Positions 1 to 10,715 of a stretch of DNA of 42,169 bases are shown here, piece by piece (the first letter of the stretch is position 1; every line of letters begins with the position of its first letter). Source of the stretch: Catajapyx aquilonaris (taxonomy: Eukaryota); the NCBI GenBank assembly GCA_000934665.2, contig JYFJ02003409.1, positions 1-42,169 on the forward strand, in the 5' to 3' direction. The notes beneath the pieces are model-generated. The model ran no database searches. It saw only the letters and a list, made by a program, of their open reading frames with translations, and was not told the DNA's origin. Both the position numbers and the translations under genes were made by a program.

Positions 1-11
1 CGAATATTGGA

Positions 12-124
12 ACTTACAAGTGGCTGAGCACGAGGAGAAGATTCCAGAGAAGACTAGAAGACCGTTGGATGATCGATGGTTGGATTGAATGTGCCTTGCA
101 CTGGAAGGGACCCTGCCTTTTATA
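12..124 (-). promoter_or_regulatory. TATA box plus a probable non-coding first exon and splice donor of a gene continuing off the left edge
   Basis: Minus strand reads TATAAAAG at 124-117, then about 75 nt without an ATG, then a GTAAGT donor at 17-12. Confidence 0.45.
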
Positions 125-1245
125 CACGTGAACTCTCCGTGACCCGTGTACACCAACACCTGTTGATTTCGCCAGTCCCCGCAGATTTTGTTTTCTAATG
201 ACGTGTTTGCCACAATTCTCTTTGCAAAATAAGTTTCGAAAAACACAGGTGGAGGTTGTTTGCTTCTCAATTCTTGATCGTCAGAAGCCATGCACACGTT
301 CATGAACCGCAACCCGGGTAGATGCAAGGGCCGACCCGATATAATATGAACAGCTGTTTGAATCTTGCGCATTACAGCCCAATTGAATATTCAAGCATAT
401 GTATGTTGTTTTCGATAACAAATGGGGAAAAACATTGTGAAATCAAATGACATCTCTCACAGTGTAGAAATCAGCAAGTGTGGCATCTGATTGGCAGAGA
501 TGCGAAGAAAAGAGAGGGGCATTGCTTCTGCGTCGTCCCAATAAACAATACATTGAACCCAAACCAGTACCTTTCATTGGAGAAGCGCAACTTTTCTGCA
601 TCTCCATACAGCTTCGTGTGTTCCTGCCTGTAAATTGGCCTAAATATGTAGGCTACCCAAAGCATAACGAAGAAAGTTGCCTTCTGCGGCATTATTATGT
701 TATTCCCAATCGCTTTTCAGCAACATTATTGTGTCTGAAAATGGGCCATCATTCGTTCACTTTCTCACTTAATTCTTGTGGCGAGAGTTTTTTAAAACGA
801 AAAGTCATATATTGTAATAGCAATAATCGCATTTCTATTACTATCTAGTTCATGATGAGTGTACATTCCACCACTTTACTCAGGTGCTCAGTCTCTCAAT
901 ATTTTTAACTTGTGATACTGCATATTTATGACCTCACCGCTATAATAGCCTTCAAAAATCACGACGGAGAAATTTTTTAGACTCGACGAACTGAATATTA
1001 TGTATTTGCAGAATTATTATTGGAACTTGCGTTGATTTTGTTTACTCACGTATATGGTCGCAATCAACATTAATGACTGCCACCTATTTGCACGTAACAA
1101 TTAAAAGCCAGTGATGCAATAGGGTTTCTGAAACTTCGCTTATTTATTTATGCATGATTTTGCGATGGAGATATGTAAGTTTACGACTGCACTTGTAGTG
1201 TGTAAATGATTATTACTTTTGATATAATAAAATGCGTGTCGCTCC

Positions 1246-1259
1246 GTTTCCATGGAAGC
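1246..1259. promoter_or_regulatory. RFX X-box-like site upstream of the SSNA1-like gene
   Basis: GTTTCCATGGAAGC is one mismatch from the palindrome GTTTCCATGGAAAC and lies about 65 bp upstream of the ATG at 1324. Confidence 0.5.
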
Positions 1260-1323
1260 AGCAACATACTGAGGCTTCGAACGTCGCTTATTATAATAAT
1301 TTCGGGTTCAATCGACTTTTACA

Positions 1324-1930
1324 ATGGACTCGAAGAAGCCGATGTGGATGATGAGGAAGGGGCGGAAGCAGCAGCCGACGGAGGAGGAGAAGCCAGACGA
1401 AACTGGCCTCACGCAGCTGTACCAAGGTAAGTACTATCTTCTCCTTGCTTTGGAGACACCCTGTGGTGTCTGGAGTTGGGTGAAATCACATGGACCTCTG
1501 CTGTGCGGCTTAAATAATCTCGGCGCCGTTCCACACAGGTTTGCTTGACCTGAAGGAAAGGCGCAAAGCCCTTCAGGATATCCTGACGGAGGACGAGAAG
1601 GACATGGAGATGCTGGAGCGGGACATTGTCAATCTCTCCTGTGAATTAGGCAAGGTCACTGAGCAGCTGGCGAAGAAGTACAACACGAAAACAGAGTTTG
1701 ACAAGGCCCTTGAAGAAGCTGAGAACGTGTACAGCAAGGTAATGAGCGACGGGGACAGTACAGTACTAAAATAGTCATCAATGAATGTTATTCAGCTTTA
1801 CTAACGTTTCGCATTGTTTTTGGCGTTTCCTCAGCTAAAAGCAGAGGCCATAGCCGCAGCCCTGGAGGATCAGAATCAGGAGGACGAGGGCCACGAGGAC
1901 TCGATTCCCAGCGAACAATCTTCCGGTTAA
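1324..1930 (+). CDS. SSNA1: SSNA1/NA14/DIP13-like coiled-coil protein, 132 aa, 3 exons (1324-1426, 1539-1738, 1835-1930)
   Basis: GT-AG introns keep the frame (103+200+96 nt). The core LLDLKERRKALQDIL...LGKVTEQLAKK...EFDKALEEAENVYSK aligns without gaps, by eye, to the SSNA1 core (IEELCQKREEL...LARVNENLARK...EFDRTIAETEAAYLK). The termini are divergent. Confidence 0.7.
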
Positions 1931-2262
1931 ATGACGTCCGGATGATTAGGAGCGAAGGTTATTTTTTCAGCGAGGCGTGCTGGTTAAAAATAAAAAAATT
2001 TGGCAACTTCTCCAATCTTGATTTGTCTTACTACTGACTTTGACTCCAATGAATGTTGATGTGTAACATGTGAGAGAAAAAGCTGGCAGAGGGTCAAGGC
2101 TGCGGGGTCATTAATAATTCGTAATCCGCGTATTATAATTACAGGAAGTGTCTGTCACGCAGATAATGATGCTCTAATTCTTTGGGAGGTTAGAGGTCAC
2201 TATAAGTTACAGAGGCCGTAACACTCTTTCCCTTATTAGTGGTCTCCTAAAATTCGTCCGAG

Positions 2263-3885
<1,623 letters not shown>

Positions 3886-4099
3886 GATTCCTCGATGTGG
3901 TTGTGCCTCACCTTGGGCTGATTTCTTGCAATATATTGCTGTACAGTCACTTTAAATGGATTTCAACATTAACAGAAATTCGGATATAGGAAGACTGGCT
4001 CCCAAGGTCCATGGGGTATAATTATTACAAAGATAATTACAGTGGGACTAATTATGAATTTTCTTGTTTTGTTTGTTTTTGTTATTGGTGCACGCTATA

Positions 4100-4337
4100 T
4101 AGTCTAGGAGCTAGGACAGTCCTGTTGGCATTTTGAGAGCCACGGGTTTTGTTTGTTTTGATATATTGTACTATGTCCAGGGTTCAAAAAAAAGTTGGTC
4201 ACATGTTCTGAATAGTGGTCAGTTTTGAAAAAATGGCCGCCATCTTCAATTTTTGAAATTCTGGTAAAATAATATTTTGGTGTCTAATATAGGGCTGTTA
4301 TATATCATTTTATATGTTTTCAGGTGTGCTGAGTTCA
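4100..4337 (+). repeat. Left terminal inverted repeat of the Academ element
   Basis: TAGTCTAGGAGCTAGGACAGTCC...CAGGTGTGCTGAGTTCA is the reverse complement of 9910-10147. Confidence 0.97.
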
Positions 4338-4405
4338 TTAAAACCATTAGAAATTAATAAAAGTGAAGCATCATGTTGTATTTTGTGTTTATTGCTATTT
4401 TTCAG

Positions 4406-4917
4406 CCCGCGCACGAGTTCATACCCCTTTCCCCCTCACGCCCCCCTTTACCCGCACGCGCATTCGGGATTTGTATTGGCGATAGCATGGTCATAGAGTA
4501 CTAAGGTCTGGACACTCCCACCTACCCCCTGCCGTGGCGTTTTGCATGAGGTGCGGCGACCATGTTGGGCCGCCCAGTGTAGCGCTTCCCTTTTGTACCT
4601 ATAAAGTTCAGCGTAGTCCGACAAGGTCGCCACGTAACAGTGGATTAAAAGGTCTCATGGGGCTCTCAGGTGAGCTCATGCAAAACGTCCCTGCAGGCGA
4701 TAAGATAAGAATGTAGAGGTAGTGTCCTGGGGCTGGGCGATAGTACTAGTCTATTTCGGGCGTGCGGTGCCCAAACATGGGTGGCAGCTGGCAGGGCTGG
4801 GCCCAGTTAAGTGTCAGTTTGTGTGTGAGTGAGGGTAAAGGGTTCTCCCGGGGTTCGGCATGGCGTGATCTTGTGTCAGAAAGGGTTTGCTTCAAGATCT
4901 CAGTCGTGCGGTGTGGG
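4406..4917 (+). ncRNA. Candidate large structured RNA (or structured 5'-UTR exon) inside the Academ element
   Basis: Nested complementary pairs: 4406-4416/4904-4917, 4425-4431/4879-4885, 4436-4442/4862-4868, 4444-4463/4823-4842, 4493-4503/4741-4754, 4510-4516/4721-4727, 4536-4550/4675-4689, 4555-4570/4616-4631. Several G-U pairs work on the + strand. No credible ORF. Confidence 0.55.
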
Positions 4918-5190
4918 ACAGGGGCGGCCCGGGGGCAGGTGGGATGTGCACCGTGGTCTGGAAGTAGCGTTCATCTTATTACCATCCACAGAGTGTGGCC
5001 GGGGCGGCCTGGGGATGGAAGCTTTTGGGTAAATATATACTGTTTTGGCTCATTCTATACACTGCACTGTACTGTATACACACTTGCCTCAATTTTTATT
5101 AATATAGCATCTCTCCGGGTTTTTTTGTGTTAATGTGGTTTGGTTTTTCTATTTCAGGTAATGTTTTCGTAGTAATATAATAACATCCAA

Positions 5191-8100
5191 ATGGATGCAG
5201 TACAATTGCAGCGGTCGCCGCCAAAGAAGAAGAGGAAAGTCTTTGGTGAAAGTGTGTGTTTTGTGCAAATCGCAGGGCCGGGAAAAGCTGTATGGGACAG
5301 ACTCTGGCCGGCAGCAAGTAAAAGAAGCTAGTGTTGTGTTAAACGACGATGCAGTTTCAGAAGCAGACGCAATATTCTTTTACCACATGTCATGCTACAA
5401 ACCTTACATACTAAGATCAAAGAGAACCAAAACTTCTAAGCAACAGTCGTCTGAAGGTACGTCAAAAGATACAGAAAAAGCAAAAGAACAGAAACGCACA
5501 CCCAGATTAAGTGAATCAAAACCAGGGTCATCAAAAGTGTGTGTAATTTGTAGCCAGTCTAAGCGTAAGGGAGACGTACAACTTTTCCGCATCTGCGAAC
5601 CTGGGAGAGCCCAGGAATTTCTTGATGCAACAAGATCGTTTCAAGATGAAGTTTTTGAAAGAACCTGCACGTTGACTGACATTTCAAATGTGTTCACGTC
5701 TGATATCATGTATCATAGAAACTGTATGAAACCGTACATTAACAAATTCAAAAACTCGACGGAAGATCGCATCGATGGAAAGAAAGATCATGCTGATCTT
5801 AGAAAGTTTGTAGAGAGCGTGAGTATTCAGACAAGTGGTTATACCCTGTCTGGTCTTCGCGATGAATTTATGAAGCAAAATGAAACCCACGCAATCTCAA
5901 ACAGAGACATGAAGTCCATGATAATAGAAGTATATGGTGACAGTGTATGTTTTTCCTATCCCAGGGAAAAAACATTATCACAACTTGTGTACGGATCCAA
6001 TATCAACTATGGCTCTGTTGTGGATAAAGTACGATCCATTGACGCAATTAAAAACTGTGCTACAATACTTCGTGAAGAAGCAAAAAGCTATGACTTTAAA
6101 TTAGGCGGAAAGTTCGGTGATAAAGATGACCTACAAAAATCCCAAATGGAATATGAACTGTCTCGCCCAAAGCAGTGGGAAAGGTTTCTACAGGAATTAG
6201 CACCTTCATTATGTAATTCAGCCTATACTCAACGAAGATATGATTCTCTTTACCAGATTGCTTATTTCATTATTCACAATGGCCTAAAAAAAACACCACT
6301 GCATATTGCTAATGCTCAAGCAATACACAATTTAAGCAGATCAAAAACACTCCTTACTATGTTAAACCGTCAAGGATTATGTTGTAGTTATGATGATGTA
6401 CTTCGTCAAGACCAGATGCTAGCAAACAGAACTATAATCAGAGCTGAAGGACATCGTGTCCCAATACCGCCTTCAATAAAACCTGACATTATTGTCCGTG
6501 GTGCTATGGATAATTTTGATAGAGAAGAAGCGACTATGTCAGGCATGCATGGTACACACGACACAGTACTGGTTTTGTTCCAAGACCAACAGATTCACGA
6601 TAACCTACTGAATGTTTCATTGGAAGAAACCGACGGTCCAGAAAACTACACCGCAACATTTGGTATTGATGTGACATCACGAAGTCTCGATAAAGAAGTT
6701 GGTGCTCAAAAACTAATGCCCTTTCAAAAGCCAAAGGAAAGGTGCAGTGTTTCGCGTGACTTTGTTCCAAACAGTGATATTAATAGAGCAAATGAAATAA
6801 AAAAGAAAGGACAAGATTTAGATCTTGTGTGGTTTCTTTCAAGATTTCTCAAAGGATCTAATGATGCTGAAGAAGATTTCCTTCAAGAAGTTGAGATTCC
6901 ATCAAGAAATGCTTTCATGAGTGCATTATCTAAACGCCCATCTCACAGAACAATTACAGGATTTACCCCAATCCTGCCCTATCCTGCAACTCAATATGAT
7001 TCCATTTACACAACAATGTATAACTTCCTAGACATCTTGACCCAGTTGAATCTTAAAGAGGGTTCACTTTGGTGCGATGAAGGGATATATCACATAGCGA
7101 AAGAAATTCAGCTTCTTCAGCCACAAAGGTTTTCCAACATATTTCTCGGCCTTGGAGGGTTTCATCTCCAAAAAGTGGTGCTTTCCTGTATTGGAATCTA
7201 CCTCGAAAACAGTGGAGCTTTGGAAATTCTTGTTCAGACTGAAACGATGGGGCCGCTCTCTACTGAAAGTGCTTTAAAAGGCAACCACTATGCCAGGGGA
7301 GTTAGAGCTATTGGAATGCTTTGCGAAGTAATGCAAACACTTCAGTGGAAGGCATTCCTGGAACAGTGTGACAAAACAAAGTACTCCGACTTGTTCTCAG
7401 CTGTCAAACGCATACAATTAGCAGTGTACGAAGAACAACATTTGTCTGACGAAACCAGTATTGCCATCAATAACCTGAGCCCCATCAAAAAAGATTTTGA
7501 GGAATTCTGAAAAAAAGGAACGCAGGAATCAAGTACATTTTCCTACTGGGACCTGTTCGTCTACAATTTGGCACCTCTTCTTCGAGATCTGATCCGAGCT
7601 GACAGAGAAAATAACTGGGACCTGCATGTATGCAGCATAAGAGCGTGTTTGCCACTGTTCTTCTCCTTTGACCGAACAAATTATGCACGCTGGTGCACTC
7701 TATACTACAATGATTGCTTAAAGCTGGAAGAAAATCACCCTACGATCCACAATGATTTCAAGAAAGGTCATTTCACAGTTCAACATACTAGTAAACGATT
7801 CAGCAGCGTTGCCATAGATCAAGCATTGGAGCAACACTACAATAAGCCAGCAAAGGGATCTGGAGGCATCATAGGGATTACAAGACGGAAGGAAGCTGTG
7901 ACAAAGCACGATATGATCAAACATGAAAAAGAAAGCCTTACGCATTTCTTAAAAACGTTTTGTGGCCTCGATGAAGAGGACGAATTTGCTCTCCATCACG
8001 AGTTTTCCAAGTCTCTAACAACCCAAGACCAACAGAGTGTTTCAAGGATGTTAACGTTTGTACTGGACAGAGGAAACCCCTTCTCAAAAGATGACAGTTG

Positions 8101-9768
8101 TGGGATATCAAACCTCATTACTGGAACAAAAATCGATCCAGTAGTAGCTGATTACTTACTCCAGATACAAGAAAAAGGAGACAATAACTACAAAATGTTT
8201 GTTAAAGAAAGGCTGGCTGAAAAATCCAAAGGGCTCTTTGTTCCTATACACAAAGAATTTCCTAAAAAGAAGAAAGTCAAATCTGCAACTGAGTCCGCAT
8301 TCAAAGAAACGAGTGATGCACTCCGGTGCATAGAAGTAGCACGTTCCAGAGGATTTGATACAGAGACTCTACTGAAATATGAGTTGACGTCCACATCTTA
8401 TTACCTGACGTGTAATGGATTTTTGAAGAAACCAGACAAAGCGCAACTCAGCAAAGCACTAGAAAAAACCCAGTTTTTAAATGAGGAAGATGTAACTCAG
8501 CTTCAAGCATCCAAGGAGATAATAGCTGTTGTGATTGACTTCATGGCATACGCGCGAAAAGTGTACGTCAAACGGCTCATGTGCAAGACATTTGGAGACT
8601 ACTTTGACTACCTGTGGAAAAGATTCTTAAAGCTTTCAGAAGGATGTTTGCGCATTGACATTGTTTTGACTTGTATGAAGACAAAAGTATTAAAAACAGG
8701 GAAAGACTAAGACGGAACAGAGTTGATCCTATTGATGTAACTCCCAACAACCCAAGCACGCCCCTTCCTGTCAACATGGATACCTTCTGGGGTTCGAATC
8801 GCAACAAAACCCTATTTCAGGAACTATTCATTGACTGGATTGTGAATAAGAGAAACAGCGGAATACCGTTGTATTTGGGAGGAGGTCACAAACATAACCC
8901 AAAGATATGCTTGAAATTGGTGGATGGTGCTATAAGTTTGGTGCCATCACTTTATTGTGATGCCGAGGAAGCTGATGATAGGATCATGAAACACATTGAA
9001 AACACAGTTGAAACTGATTTTGTTGAAAGAGTTATGATAGCTTCAGCTGATACAGATGTTATGGTCTCTGCACTGTACCACTTCAAAAATAGTTTTCAAA
9101 AAGGTGGCCTTAAGGAACTGTGGATAATCAAAGAAACACGAGCATCTGTGAAATACATACCACTTCACAAAATGATGGAAAACATGGATGACGTTCTGTT
9201 ATCAGTTCTACCAGCAGCCCATTGTTTAACTGGTTCCGATACAACGAGCAAGGTAGGAACAAAATCTATGGCCCTTAAAATAGCCATTTCTTCTGGGAAA
9301 CTGCTCAGTAATTTTGGGGCTGCCCCTCTTGATGAAGACATGATTAAAAATTCTGAACTGTTTATTGCAAAAGTACTCGGTTCTTCTAAAACAAACTGTG
9401 ATGGAGTTCGATGGCAACAATACCACAAAGCTAAGGAAATAAATTTCTCTCAGCTGTGTCCACCTTCATCAACAATGTTGCATCATATTAAGCGTGCATA
9501 CCTTCAGTGCTACATATGGACAAATGTGCTACAGGGAAAACCATCACTGGACCCACTAGAATTTGGCTACAAAGAAGAAGAAGACGTTTCCAAGCCGATC
9601 ATAACATCAGAGCATTTGAGACCTCCTGATTTGGTGTCTCCCTGTACCTGCCTGAAATGTGCAAGAGCTAATATTTGCCCTTGCCGGGTTGCAAATTTAT
9701 GGTGTTGTGCATTTTGCAAATGCAAGGAGAAGAATTTATGTTTAAATGTGCCAAAAGAGATTGCCTAA
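5191..9768 (+). pseudogene. Academ transposase-XPG nuclease fusion (~1,526 aa when repaired), disrupted by 2 frameshifts and 1 nonsense codon
   Basis: ORFs 5195-7510 and 7568-8710 share a frame across TGA 7508-7510. One extra T in the run at 8664-8667 restores IDIVFDLYED. One extra GT at 5252-5259 joins ATG 5191 (MDAVQLQRSPPKKKRKV). Motifs: GAMDNFD, WCDEG, LGGFH, DRTNYARW, DQALEQ; VIDFMA, EEADDR, SADTDV, LTGSDTTS; C-terminal CTCLKC...CPC...CCAFCKC...C. Confidence 0.88.
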
Positions 9769-9909
9769 ATAAAAGAATGTCATTCAGTTTTTGTTTTACT
9801 TTTCTCTTGTCATGTAAATGGTTCAACATAGTGTATGCATGAGAATTTCACTTTAAAATGTCTAATTTCACACTTTGTATCATATTTGGAGCACATTCAA
9901 TGCTCATTT

Positions 9910-10147
9910 TGAACTCAGCACACCTGAAAACATATAAAATGATATATAACAGCCCTATATTAGACACCAAAATATTATTTTACCAGAATTTCAAAAATTG
10001 AAGATGGCGGCCATTTTCTCAAAACTGACCACTATTCAGAACATGTGACCAACTTTTTTTTGAACCCTGGACATAGTACAATATATCAAAACAAACAAAA
10101 CCCGTGGCTCTCAAAATGCCAACAGGACTGTCCTAGCTCCTCGACTA
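9910..10147 (-). repeat. Right terminal inverted repeat of the Academ element
   Basis: Reverse complement of 4100-4337, ending CTCCTCGACTA and followed by the TSD ATA. Confidence 0.97.
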
Positions 10148-10715
10148 ATATGGACTACGCATGGGATCAGTCTGATATATTTCTGAGCCAAAAATATAAT
10201 TATATCAAGTGAGTGTTTATTTCCTCATCAGGCCTGCCTGGCTGCTGTAAGGTAATTACTAATATTAGTATAAGAGAGGTATGGAGGTGCTCCATACCTC
10301 TCTAGTATACCCTCATTTGCGTGCACTTTGCAATGACTGGGACAACTCACACTACAGATTTGAATTGACTCAATTATTTCCAAACTCAATAGGATTCAAA
10401 TACATGCAAAATTTGCCTTCTGCTGATTTGTGCCACATGCTGCAATGATCACACATTTAATTTTCCATGCAACACACAAACACACATTACACAAATCATA
10501 CTGTGCTTATGCCAGTACGGTACATATACTAAATCTACCAATACAGTATTCAGTTAACATCAATTACAGTACAGTGTTACATAACGTAATCAATAACAGA
10601 GTGGTACATTGCGGAAAACGAAACGACGTCATCAAAGTTTCCACGGAAATACCATTGCAGGGCAATATGAGTAAACAGTAGCAACAATGTGAGAAAAGAT
10701 CGCCTTTTGGTGCAT

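Larger units (their letters stand above)
4100..10147 (+). mobile_element. Full-length Academ (AcademX-type) DNA transposon, 6,048 bp
   Basis: 238-bp TIRs (4100-4337 and 9910-10147, about 2 mismatches), TAG...CTA termini, 3-bp TSD ATA (4097-4099 and 10148-10150), and one long gene with transposase, XPG-like and Cys-rich domains. This matches the described AcademX architecture. Confidence 0.9.

Noticed and set aside
4747..4753. TAGTCTA inside the candidate RNA equals the first 7 nt of the left TIR (bridge-RNA-like donor guide?)
   Set aside because: Only 7 nt, partly within a predicted helix, and the right TIR differs at one of these positions. Not distinguishable from chance without homologues.
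4314..5133. Short ORFs (60-123 aa) in the Academ 5' region
   Set aside because: No recognisable motifs; expected by chance in GC-rich sequence.
7508..7510. In-frame TGA as programmed read-through or selenocysteine in the Academ ORF
   Set aside because: Two independent frameshifts in the same ORF point to ordinary decay. A single substitution explains the stop, and no SECIS-like hairpin was seen after 9768.
5195..9768. Three separate genes, or a prokaryote-style operon, as suggested by the ORF track
   Set aside because: They are consecutive parts of one reading frame split by point lesions.
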